A stretch of 64,000 nt of DNA from Candidatus Heimdallarchaeota archaeon (GTDB taxonomy: Archaea; Asgardarchaeota; Heimdallarchaeia; Heimdallarchaeales; Heimdallarchaeaceae): contig JAHLWR010000004.1 in assembly GCA_019057815.1 (NCBI GenBank), positions 32,001 through 96,000 of the forward strand. Direction: 5' to 3'. The notes beneath the pieces were generated by a model. The model had not been told where the DNA came from. It saw only the letters and a program-made list of their open reading frames with translations, and did no database searches. How positions within the stretch are numbered: position 1 is the stretch's first letter; each line of letters opens with the position of its first letter. Below are positions 1-8,920 of this stretch, one piece after another. The position numbers and the translations under genes are program-made.

Positions 1-19
1 TAAGAATTGAGCTTCCTTC

Positions 20-469
20 TTACAATTTCTGATAATCTCTGAATTTTTGTAAAATCAATTCCTCTCCATCAGAAGTTTCAGGAGCTACCCAATTTAAAAT
101 TTCGATTGGATTTCCTCCTTTGATGATTAATTCCACATTTCCGAGAGGTGAGCTAGTGTCTGAAGTGATGACAGCTATTTTATTTATATACAAAGCTTGT
201 TTATGAAGTAAAAAAGTTACTGATTCATTGATTTCGTCAATAAAAGCACATTTCCTTACAGTGTCCAAAATTTTTCTTTCTCTAATGACAAAGAAGAAAT
301 TCCGAATGGAAGATAGAGGTTGGTTTTCTGCTACTAATGTTTTGTTTTCAATATCCTTGACTTCTTGTATTTTGGGAAGTTCACCTAGGAGATGGATAAA
401 ACATTGTTCTAACTTTTGTCTGTTTTCAGTGGAAAAATAACTCATTTTTACTGTGATAGTTAATACCAC
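20..469 (-). CDS. UPF0201/DUF54-family predicted RNA-binding protein
   Basis: TEN..K near the N-terminus and the FLLHKQALY motif. Overlaps the stop codon of the UPF0200 kinase, a common archaeal gene pair. Confidence 0.7.
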   Translation of the reverse strand: MVLTITVKMSYFSTENRQKLEQCFIHLLGELPKIQEVKDIENKTLVAENQPLSSIRNFFFVIRERKILDTVRKCAFIDEINESVTFLLHKQALYINKIAVITSDTSSPLGNVELIIKGGNPIEILNWVAPETSDGEELILQKFRDYQKL

Positions 470-1047
470 TATTTTTCATCTCCTTCCAAATCTTTTAATA
501 AGGAAATAGCTTGTTCGTAGAACATTTCTTTTGTTTCGTTGTTAGAAATTACGAAATTAGAATAAACCATTGTTTCACCCAAACCTAAGCTAAGTTCAGA
601 TTGGTCTCTTTTATCAAACTCTTCATTGGTCTTAGGAGCGTCAGTACGCCCTCTAAATCTTAATCTCTGGAATCTTACTATTGGTTCTGCATGTATTGCT
701 ACTAAAAAGAAAACTTTTCCTAAATGCTTTCTAAAGTATTCAACTTCCTTTTGACTCCTAATCCCATCAATAATGATTTTATCTCTATTTTCTCCAAGAA
801 GTCTATCAATTTCTATGCAAGTTAAATTGGCTACAGCTTCATCTCCATGCGTTTTTCGAATATCAGTCATTACTCTTGCAGTGTTTTCAGGATTAGGTTC
901 CAGTCCTATTTCTTTTACTTTTTTTCTAATTACATCTCCCATGATTACTGTGTGATAATTAAGCTCTCTAGCTATATTAGCAAATTCACTTTTTCCAGAC
1001 CCAGGCATTCCAGAAACGCCAAGAATGTTAATGTTTTGCTCGGACAT
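469..1047 (-). CDS. Archaeal dephospho-CoA kinase-like P-loop kinase (UPF0200)
   Basis: GMPGSGKS Walker A, MGDVIR, IIDGIRS, RGRTDAP and RDQSELSLG. ATG at 1047 chosen as start; the ORF extends to 1065. Confidence 0.85.
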   Translation of the reverse strand: MSEQNINILGVSGMPGSGKSEFANIARELNYHTVIMGDVIRKKVKEIGLEPNPENTARVMTDIRKTHGDEAVANLTCIEIDRLLGENRDKIIIDGIRSQKEVEYFRKHLGKVFFLVAIHAEPIVRFQRLRFRGRTDAPKTNEEFDKRDQSELSLGLGETMVYSNFVISNNETKEMFYEQAISLLKDLEGDEK

Positions 1048-1201
1048 GCAGCTCATCAATCTCAAAATTAGCTGAAATAAAAAGTTTGTTAATTGGTGAA
1101 TCTTTTACAATTAGTCAAATAAAACATGTAATCGTAAAAACTGATTTCATTTTATTATTATATAAAAAACACTTAAAAAATGCTAATCAAATAAATTATC
1201 C

Positions 1202-1780
1202 ATGGTTAGAACTTTCTTATCTGTTGATATCACAAATAAGCAAATTATAAATAATCTTAGTGCTATTCAACAGAGACTAGCTGGTCTAGGAGCAGATATT
1301 AGATTAGTTAACCCTCAGATAATTCATTTAACGTTAGAATTTCTAGGAGAGCTCTCTTCAACTCAAATTGATGTTGTAAAGGGAATCATGAATGAGATAA
1401 AATTTGATAGTATTAAACTAAAAGTTGTAGGAATAGATGTTCTACCTAATAAAAATCACATTAAAGTTATTTGTTGCAAAGTCGAGGGCGATGTCCAGAA
1501 ATTACAAAACATTCAAAAAGCCTTAAGAGTTAAGCTTGGAAAAGAAGGTTTTAGGACTGACAATCGGAAGTTTAAACCACATGCAACCATCGCAAGAGTA
1601 AAGTCTTCAAGGAAAAAAAATGAATTAATAAGTTTAATAAACGAATTGTCAGATGCAGATGTAGGCAATCAAGAAATTGATTCGATCAAACTCAAGAAAT
1701 CAGAGCTTAGACCTGATGGTCCTCAGTATTCAATACTTCATGAAGTATATGCGGAAAAACAAATAAATAATCGTGTTTAA
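1202..1780 (+). CDS. thpR: RNA 2',3'-cyclic phosphodiesterase (2H family)
   Basis: MVRTFLSVD N-terminus, two HxT motifs (HLTL, HATI), C-terminal SELRPDGPQY. Adjacent to the cca-like gene. Confidence 0.9.
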   Translation: MVRTFLSVDITNKQIINNLSAIQQRLAGLGADIRLVNPQIIHLTLEFLGELSSTQIDVVKGIMNEIKFDSIKLKVVGIDVLPNKNHIKVICCKVEGDVQKLQNIQKALRVKLGKEGFRTDNRKFKPHATIARVKSSRKKNELISLINELSDADVGNQEIDSIKLKKSELRPDGPQYSILHEVYAEKQINNRV

Positions 1781-1792
1781 CTGGTGTGTAAC

Positions 1793-3301
1793 ATGGATGA
1801 AAGCAAACCTAGAAGAAGTTCCTCTAAAGGAAAACAAAAGAATAATCACGATTATATTGAGAAACAAGTTCTCGAAGTAATTCAAATACAAAAAGACCCA
1901 CATGCTGAAATTGGAGAAGTCTTATCAATTCTAAAAGAAAAAATTCAAATGGATTTAGTTTCACTTGGAGTAGCTGGTAGAGTAGCAATTCAAGGTTCTT
2001 TTGTTAGAAAAACTTATCTTAGTGATGACGATTCCTTTGATCTACTAATTATACTCCCAAAATCAGAGAAACCAAATGTTCACTCCATTTTAGATTCGCT
2101 TCTTAAAAGATTGAAAAAAGATAGAGTCAAGAAAGAAAAAATAGAAGTTACAAAAATTACTGGTAAAATACCTTATTTGCGCCTATTCGCAGGAAATGAA
2201 AAAATACATCTTTTTGTTGGATTTGATATATCACAGGGAGAGGAGAAAATATCCATTTTTGATTATATTCCATATCATAGCCAATATATCTTAACTCATA
2301 TGGATAAGAAAGTCAGGAAAGATGTAGTTTTACTCAAGAAATTCACAAAAGCTATTGGAGTTTACAGGGACGACTATGGTGCTATAGGATTCAATGGATA
2401 TTTATGTGAACTTCTGATATTGTTTTATGGTTCTTTTAGAGAAACACTAAAAGGAATCTGTAAATGGAGGGCAAGAACTGTTATCGATATTAAGAAAGCA
2501 CGATTGAAATTTGAAGATGTTGACGAGCTTTCAGTCGAAATGATTTATGGTTATTATCCAATATATGTCCCCGACCCTTTATACAGAAAAGAAAATATAG
2601 CAGCAGATGTTTCAGTTGATCAATTTAATTCTATAATTGCCGCTGCTAATTATTATCTCAGCAAACCAAGTTTACTATTTTTTGAAGAGTCATTATATGA
2701 AATACCTCTCTTCAATGAGATAGTGCATAAAGTTGTTAATTCGAAAAAAGAAATAATAGTATTAGCTATTCCAAGAAATTTCCAAGAATCTGGGGTTTCA
2801 TGGCAAAAAGCACTAAGTATTAGGAAGGCACTAGAACAAGAACTAATCAAGCACTACTACATGTTAGAAAGGAGCAAACCTTTTGTCTCCGATGATTATT
2901 ATGGTACAATTTTATCTCTTATGACCCCTAACCCTCAGTTATCACAAAGAAAAGAAGGACCCGAAATTATATCAGAAGAGTCGGTGAAATTTCTAGATAG
3001 ATATGCCAAACACATGGATGTTATTTCTGGACCTTTCATCGATTATGGCAAATGGGTGGTATATTTCAGTAAAAGAGGTCAACCAGTTTATGAATTCATT
3101 TCAGCATTAGTGAAAAAGAATGCTTTTATTCTAAATGTTGATTCTTTCCTAAAATTGGAAATTAAAGAAAAACTGAAGGTTATAGGAGTTGACCAAAATC
3201 TTCAACAGATGTATGAAACAGATGATTCATTTGCTGAAAATCTTTTCTTGTTTGTAGTCAGAAAACCTTTATGGGTTCATACACTAGAATTCGAGGAATG
3301 A
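1793..3301 (+). CDS. cca: Archaeal class I CCA-adding enzyme homolog with degenerate active site
   Basis: GSFVRKTYL, LLKKFTKAIGVY, GFNGYLCELLILFYGSF, DP...NIAA, and position after thpR. Catalytic residues are altered (see findings). Confidence 0.8.
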   Translation: MDESKPRRSSSKGKQKNNHDYIEKQVLEVIQIQKDPHAEIGEVLSILKEKIQMDLVSLGVAGRVAIQGSFVRKTYLSDDDSFDLLIILPKSEKPNVHSILDSLLKRLKKDRVKKEKIEVTKITGKIPYLRLFAGNEKIHLFVGFDISQGEEKISIFDYIPYHSQYILTHMDKKVRKDVVLLKKFTKAIGVYRDDYGAIGFNGYLCELLILFYGSFRETLKGICKWRARTVIDIKKARLKFEDVDELSVEMIYGYYPIYVPDPLYRKENIAADVSVDQFNSIIAAANYYLSKPSLLFFEESLYEIPLFNEIVHKVVNSKKEIIVLAIPRNFQESGVSWQKALSIRKALEQELIKHYYMLERSKPFVSDDYYGTILSLMTPNPQLSQRKEGPEIISEESVKFLDRYAKHMDVISGPFIDYGKWVVYFSKRGQPVYEFISALVKKNAFILNVDSFLKLEIKEKLKVIGVDQNLQQMYETDDSFAENLFLFVVRKPLWVHTLEFEE

Positions 3302-3336
3302 CATGAATTTTGTGTGTACAAATTCTTTAGAAGTGC

Positions 3337-3384
3337 TTGATAGCATTCATCCCCCACCTAAAGAAAGGGGACTTCTGCTATCAA
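3337..3384 (-). mobile_element. IS200/IS605-type right-end hairpin relic
   Basis: Perfect 9-bp inverted repeat TTGATAGCA/TGCTATCAA. The minus strand reads GAAGTCCCCTTTCTTTAGGTGGGGGATGAATGC, resembling tnpB-element right ends. No transposase nearby. Confidence 0.55.
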
Positions 3385-3521
3385 CCGTCGTCCACTGAGT
3401 GTAGAAAAGTTGACTAATCTTGCCATAAGCATCCGAACTACAAAAATGGCGATGTAGAAGGAGAGTAAAAACTAACTCTTTTTTCTTTTACGGGTTTATA
3501 TATGAAATTAAAAATATATAA

Positions 3522-3720
3522 GTAGAGATAGTGTGATCATCACTACTTACCTGTTCTGCAACTACACAAGTGGTTGTCCCTCAGTCAACTCTAAATGAAA
3601 CAGGGAGCCTAGCTAGCTCTGTGTTGATGACACACTACCTATAATGGAAAAGTCTTCATGACTACCCCTCAACGCACGTGAGGGGTCAAGGGTGAAATCC
3701 CTTCAAACGACGGTTAGAAA
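3522..3720 (+). ncRNA. Putative structured ncRNA, omegaRNA-like, without an associated tnpB ORF
   Basis: GC-richer and ORF-free. Stems CCTGTT/AACAGG, GCAACTAC/GTGGTTGT, GAGC/GCTC, TGTGTT/GACACA, CCCCTCA/TGAGGGG and AAGGG/CCCTT lie downstream of a TACGGGTTTATATA promoter-like motif. Confidence 0.4.
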
Positions 3721-3809
3721 GCCTCTGGCAAGTTTAACCAAGTTTCATAACGTGCGTTAAAATGTCTGTTAACAGTAAGAAAAAATAAAGAAAAGGAAAT
3801 ATGAAGAAT

Positions 3810-5045
3810 TTAGAAGATTTTTAATTCTCTTCCAATATCTTCGAACTTCCCAAGAGATAAGTCTAGATGCTCTTTTGTTAGTCCTGTATTCATCATTACT
3901 CTAATCCTAGATGTTCCGCGAGGAACCATTGGAAACATGATTGGTAAAGCAAAAATCCCTTCTTCCATCAAACGATCACTCATCTTTTTAGCAGTCTCAT
4001 TTTCACCGCAAATTACAGGAACAATAGCAGTTGGACATTTTGCTGCAGCAGCTGTAATTGGGTGACTGAAACCGATATTCACAATCTCCTTCTTGAAATA
4101 ATCACAATTATCCAAGAGCTTTGCAACAACAGGTTCAAAGAACTCAGATTTTGGATTAAGTACTTCTAAGGAACCAATAGCAGCTCCTGCAATAGCAGGG
4201 GGAGGAGAACCACTTAAAAGATAGGAACGGGCAGTATTTCTAAGGAAGTTTATCAAATCTTTAGAACCAGTTATTGAGCCTCCAACAACACCCATTGCTT
4301 TGCTGTAAGTGTTCATTTCAACTTGAACTTTACCTTGAAGATCAAAATGGTCTACAATACCCTTACCCTTCTTATCTCGACCTAAAACACCATCTCCATG
4401 AGCATCGTCAACAAAAATCATCGCACCATAATCTTCGCATAATTTCTGTATCTCATCTAGAAGAGACATATCTCCATCCATTGAAAATACCCCGTCTGTT
4501 AGAACAAGTATCCTTTTTTCACCATTTGGATCTTCTTTATCAGCTTCATGTAATCTGGCTTCAAGCTCACCCATATCATTGTGCTTGTATATTGATCGTT
4601 TAGTTTTAGTTAATCTCACTCCATCAATAATACTTCCATGATTTAGTTCGTCACTAATGATAAAATCATCCCTTCGTACCAAGGGTGGAATAGCTCCTTC
4701 ATTAGCTATGAAACCGCTCATGAAAACTATTGCAGCTTCTTGTTCTTTGAACTCTGCATGTTTTTGTTCCCATTCTTCATGGATAACCATGTTACCAGCA
4801 ATAGCTCTAACTGAGCCTGATCCTGCACCATATTTTTCGACTGCCTCTATTGCGCGTTTTCTTAAGTGAGGATGATTACTAAGATTCAAATAATTATTAG
4901 AACAAAGCATCAAAAGTTCTTTGCCTTCAACTATAACATTAGGAACAGAAGGAGTCTCTAATTTTCTGTGGACCCATTCTCTACCTTCTTTTTGTATTTG
5001 CTTATATTCTTCTTTTAAAAATTTCGTAGGTTTTCTTTTAGCCAT
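3810..5045 (-). CDS. PLP-dependent alpha-oxoamine synthase (glycine C-acetyltransferase / BioF-like)
   Basis: CSNNYLNL, SDELNHGSIIDG, TDGVFSMDGD, DDAHG, TYSKA and the C-terminal RIRV. Confidence 0.9.
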   Translation of the reverse strand: MAKRKPTKFLKEEYKQIQKEGREWVHRKLETPSVPNVIVEGKELLMLCSNNYLNLSNHPHLRKRAIEAVEKYGAGSGSVRAIAGNMVIHEEWEQKHAEFKEQEAAIVFMSGFIANEGAIPPLVRRDDFIISDELNHGSIIDGVRLTKTKRSIYKHNDMGELEARLHEADKEDPNGEKRILVLTDGVFSMDGDMSLLDEIQKLCEDYGAMIFVDDAHGDGVLGRDKKGKGIVDHFDLQGKVQVEMNTYSKAMGVVGGSITGSKDLINFLRNTARSYLLSGSPPPAIAGAAIGSLEVLNPKSEFFEPVVAKLLDNCDYFKKEIVNIGFSHPITAAAAKCPTAIVPVICGENETAKKMSDRLMEEGIFALPIMFPMVPRGTSRIRVMMNTGLTKEHLDLSLGKFEDIGRELKIF

Positions 5046-5233
5046 TTAGGCACCTCTCTTGCTATGACATAAAGATAACATAGGCTATTTATTCTTTACT
5101 GTGAACTTACGATTAATAGAAATAATCTTTGCTAGATGGAATAAAAAAAGAATGCTTTACAAATGTAAATTTAAAGGAAAATATTTTATAAGGTATATTT
5201 CTATCGGGATTAAAATATATCAGTTGTGCTAAA

Positions 5234-6553
5234 ATGGTTTCAGTCAAATATTCAAATGTAAGCATTGCGTATGGTGATTTTATAGTTCTTGAAAATTTGG
5301 ATTTAGATATTCGTGATGGTGAGATAACTACACTTCTAGGTCCATCAGGTTGTGGTAAAACAACACTTCTGCGAGCTCTTGCAGGCTTTGTTGAACCTTA
5401 TGAAGGACATATCTATCTAGGGGAAGAAGAAGTAACACTCCTTCCACCTCAAAAAAGGGATACTGCTATGATTTTTCAGAATTATGCTTTATGGCCTCAT
5501 CTGTCGATTTTCAAGAATGTTGAATATGGGTTGAAATTAAGAGATAAGGATAAAGTAGATGATGAAAAACCTTGGTATTCAAAGTTGATATGGCTAGCAA
5601 AACCTTTCTTTATCTTCGTTCCTCAAACACATAAATCTGTATCCAAACGTCTGAAAGAAGAAAAAAAAGTTTATTTTAAGAACAAACCTAAAACTGCAAT
5701 AGTTATTTGGTGGTTTAAGGTACCATTGAGAAGATTTAAACTTACTTTTGAAGAATCAACTTTTACTTACCTCGATTTTAAAGCGACTAAAGATCCTTCA
5801 TGGGCTTATAGGAGAAAAAGAGTTTTAGATGTATTGAAATTGGTACACCTTGAAGACCAAGCAAAAAAACAACCTACTCAATTATCAGGTGGTCAACAAC
5901 AAAGAATCGCCCTTTGCAGAGCAATAGTAGTAGAACCAGATGTGTTGCTCTGTGATGAGCCTTTGTCTAATCTAGATGCTAAATTGCGTCATGAGCTTCG
6001 AACTGAAATTCGTTCTATTATCAAAAAAATAGGCATAACGGCTATTTATGTTACTCACGATCAACAGGAAGCACTAGCAATTAGTGATCGGATCGCTGTG
6101 ATGAATATCGGAAATATTGAACAGTTTGGTACACCTACAGAAATATATTCTAACCCCCATACACTCTTTGTTGCACAGTTTATGGGAACTTCATGCACTT
6201 TTAAGGGCATCGTAAAATCTAGTGATACAGTAGAATTGAAGGGTGGGGAAATTATGAAATTCAAAACCCAAAAGAGCATAGACTCTGGTGTAGAAGTTAG
6301 TTTGATAGTTAGACCCGATAATGTTTGCGTGATTGAAAAAACCGACAATCCTATTGAAGTAGAAATTAATACTATAGAATACTTGGGAACAGAAGTAAAA
6401 ATAACAGGGAAACTTAAAGATGATACAATTCTCTTAATTGATGTAGCTGAAAAAACAGAAGAATATGCAAAAATGGTAGTAGGAGATATAATAACTGCTT
6501 ACATTAAACCAGAAGAAACTTTTGTATTTATAGGAGAAGAAAGAATCTATTAA
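5234..6553 (+). CDS. ABC transporter ATP-binding subunit (PotA/MalK-like, C-terminal TOBE) with an insertion of about 80 aa
   Basis: GPSGCGKTT, FQNYALWPH, LSGGQQQR, LLCDEPLSNLD and YVTHDQ. Confidence 0.9.
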   Translation: MVSVKYSNVSIAYGDFIVLENLDLDIRDGEITTLLGPSGCGKTTLLRALAGFVEPYEGHIYLGEEEVTLLPPQKRDTAMIFQNYALWPHLSIFKNVEYGLKLRDKDKVDDEKPWYSKLIWLAKPFFIFVPQTHKSVSKRLKEEKKVYFKNKPKTAIVIWWFKVPLRRFKLTFEESTFTYLDFKATKDPSWAYRRKRVLDVLKLVHLEDQAKKQPTQLSGGQQQRIALCRAIVVEPDVLLCDEPLSNLDAKLRHELRTEIRSIIKKIGITAIYVTHDQQEALAISDRIAVMNIGNIEQFGTPTEIYSNPHTLFVAQFMGTSCTFKGIVKSSDTVELKGGEIMKFKTQKSIDSGVEVSLIVRPDNVCVIEKTDNPIEVEINTIEYLGTEVKITGKLKDDTILLIDVAEKTEEYAKMVVGDIITAYIKPEETFVFIGEERIY

Positions 6554-6623
6554 AAGCCCTTCCACTTTTATTTTAACATATTTTCTTCTTCTGTTTATTA
6601 CTTATTTCTTCAGAGCTATTACC

Positions 6624-6875
6624 CTAACAATCCTGGTTATTTCTATTCTTTTCAAGTTCTTGAATAGGAATATTTATTCTTTCTAAACCAATAAATTCAA
6701 GTTCTTTTTCTTTGTAATCCTCTACCATTGATACATAGACACAAATAGCGCTTTTCATGTTATTTCTAAGTTCCTCTATATCTTCTGCAGTAGTATTGCA
6801 TCCAGGTAATTCAACAAGATTACCAATATAGTTGCCTTTTTGATCCTTCTCAATAATCATTGTAAACGTTTTCAT
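6624..6875 (-). CDS. HicB-family antitoxin-like protein (orphan)
   Basis: MKTFTMIIEKDQKGNYIGNLVELPGCNTTAEDIEELRNNMKSAI matches the HicB N-domain. ATG at 6875 has an upstream GGAG. No hicA adjacent. Confidence 0.75.
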   Translation of the reverse strand: MKTFTMIIEKDQKGNYIGNLVELPGCNTTAEDIEELRNNMKSAICVYVSMVEDYKEKELEFIGLERINIPIQELEKNRNNQDC

Positions 6876-7043
6876 TTTTATCTCCAATATTTCAAAGGAT
6901 AAACGAAATATATAACTATCGGCATAACTATGGTGAATGAAATTCTTATTAGAAGTATACAATTTGGAATATTTGTCCGATGATTCTAATCAATCAACGA
7001 TAACTGTTATATATATTCTAAGTCTACTTTTTTAACGATTAAA

Positions 7044-7724
7044 ATGTTTGAATATGAGGAAATTAAAATACACTGGCTTGGTCATGACGCTTTTTGGATA
7101 GAAGCAAAAGGAAAGAACATCTATATTGATCCATTCAAACTAGCTAAAAGCAATCTTCCCAAAGCTGACATTGTGGTTACAAGTCATGAACATTTTGACC
7201 ATCTTAACCCTGAAGCTATAAACTCTATAAGTGATGAGAATACAACCCTAATTGGTCCAAAAATCTGCCAAGAACAATTAAATGCTGAAATCGACAGAAA
7301 GAAAGAAGTTAAGGAGCTAAATCCTGGAGAATCAATCGCTTTTGAGTGGATAAGAATCTCAGCTATAGCTGCTTACAATACTCATAGATTTAGGGATCCT
7401 GAAACAAAGACACCGTTTCATCCTAAAGAATCTGGACACATAGGAACAATATTTGATATAGATGGAATTGTAATTTATCACTGTGGTGACACTGATAAGA
7501 TACCTGAAATGGAAAATCTTAAACCTACTATTGCGCTAATTCCTGTTTCTGGAACCTACGTGATGGACGTAGAAGAAGCTGTAGAAGCTGCTAAGGTAAT
7601 CAAAGCTGAGGTTTCAATTCCTATGCATGTCGGACGAGGAATTGGTGAGTTAGAATACATAAATGAGTTTAGAGATAAATTACCTAGTTTCCAGGTTGAA
7701 ACTCTAGAAATTGAAGAAGACTAG
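7044..7724 (+). CDS. MBL-fold metallo-hydrolase (UlaG/UPF0173-like)
   Basis: HWLGHD, IYIDPF, SHEHFDH, YHCGDT and IPMH. Confidence 0.9.
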   Translation: MFEYEEIKIHWLGHDAFWIEAKGKNIYIDPFKLAKSNLPKADIVVTSHEHFDHLNPEAINSISDENTTLIGPKICQEQLNAEIDRKKEVKELNPGESIAFEWIRISAIAAYNTHRFRDPETKTPFHPKESGHIGTIFDIDGIVIYHCGDTDKIPEMENLKPTIALIPVSGTYVMDVEEAVEAAKVIKAEVSIPMHVGRGIGELEYINEFRDKLPSFQVETLEIEED

Positions 7725-8721
7725 TTCTAATCTTTATCTTGTTTTTCTTTTTCTTCTTTTTTTTCATCATAATTCCAAGGACAGATCAATATCACTTTAT
7801 TTTCAACAATAAAAGTTGCTAGCTCACTATTAGGATAACATCCTACATCGTCATAGAAAGCTAATACAGCTCCATCTTCTGGAGCTTTTATGATCTCTTT
7901 AGTTTCTCCAAAAATATTTCGTATTTCTATAATAGGTTCTCCTTTCTCAACTAATTTGCCTTCTTTTACAAGTGGGATAAACAATCCTGATGTTGTGGAA
8001 TGAATAGGTATTTCTTGCCATAATTTTTCGTCCAAATCTGGCATCAAAGGCTCCCTCTTAGGCTCAGTCTCTAATATTTTTGCCCATCCTAAAACATTTA
8101 GAATCCCCTTTTTAGCGATTTTAATGAGATCTCTTTTAACAATTCCAGATCCTCCGAGCTCAACTGTAAAAGCAGGTTTTCTGAAACCATTAACAAAACT
8201 ACCTGTTGTTGACCTATGGAGATTTTGTCTGAAGTAATGTCTTGGGGGATCTTCAACAACTACAGGCAAATTAAAAAGCTTAACCATCACCAAATTGTAA
8301 TCAAATAATTGCTTGGCGCTTTCAATCTGGCTTTTATCATCATCTTCTTCATAATAAACACGATCAATATATGAGAAAGGAACAGATTGAATAGAATGAC
8401 AGTGTAAATCGATATAATAGTCAACTTCTTTGAAAATCTCTGAAATGGTGGAATAAACCTGCTCTTGAATCTCTGAAAAATTTTTGGGGTCTAGTAATTT
8501 ATCATACGGATCTTCATAATTTATTATAGGTTCTTTCTTTGGTTTCGGATCTAACCATAGCCGATTTGGGTCTGAATCAGTATAAAACGGTGATCTTTTT
8601 AGTGTTAATAATCCCGCTGGATTTAAGGTGGGTAAAACAACAACACAACCTTTCATTTTTAGAGGGTCTAGTTCCTGAATTACTTCTTGTAGAGCAACTA
8701 AACCATGTAATTCGCTTCCAT

Positions 8722-8920
8722 CGACTTGATTTTTGTACAATTTTCGTATACAATCATCTTGCACTCAGGTCAATCAACAGGGACTGATCCGCTCATTGTG
8801 CCGTTAGAGACGGTCGAGGGCACCTCAGCCACAGAAACTGGATAACACGAGGTTAGCCGCTCACGTGGAACAGGTAGATAGGATGACCAGGAACTGAACA
8901 ACTTCAACCCTTGTTTATAT
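8722..8920 (-). ncRNA. Putative TnpB omegaRNA (reRNA) scaffold overlapping the tnpB 3' end
   Basis: Expected position between RuvC-III and the element end. Local stems GTGCC/GGCAC, CCGT/ACGG, CACG/CGTG and ATCA/TGAT. The 5' boundary is approximate. Confidence 0.55.

Noticed and set aside
3302-3809. tRNA, SRP RNA or RNase P RNA in the GC-richer intergenic region
   Set aside because: No cloverleaf or T-loop, SRP helix-8 motif or RNase P GAGGAAAGUCC-type core was found on either strand.
3810-5045. Serine palmitoyltransferase (sphingolipid synthesis) assignment
   Set aside because: The motifs place it only in the alpha-oxoamine synthase family. Nothing in sequence or context separates it from Kbl/BioF without a phylogeny.
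6624-6962. A complete HicAB toxin-antitoxin module
   Set aside because: No hicA-like ORF on either side; solo HicB-like genes are common in archaea.
8719-8764. ORF-track start MQDDCIRKLYKNQVD for 7727-8764, and the separate 60-aa ORF at 10116-10298
   Set aside because: The first 15 codons are element end sequence; both ORFs are halves of one interrupted gene.
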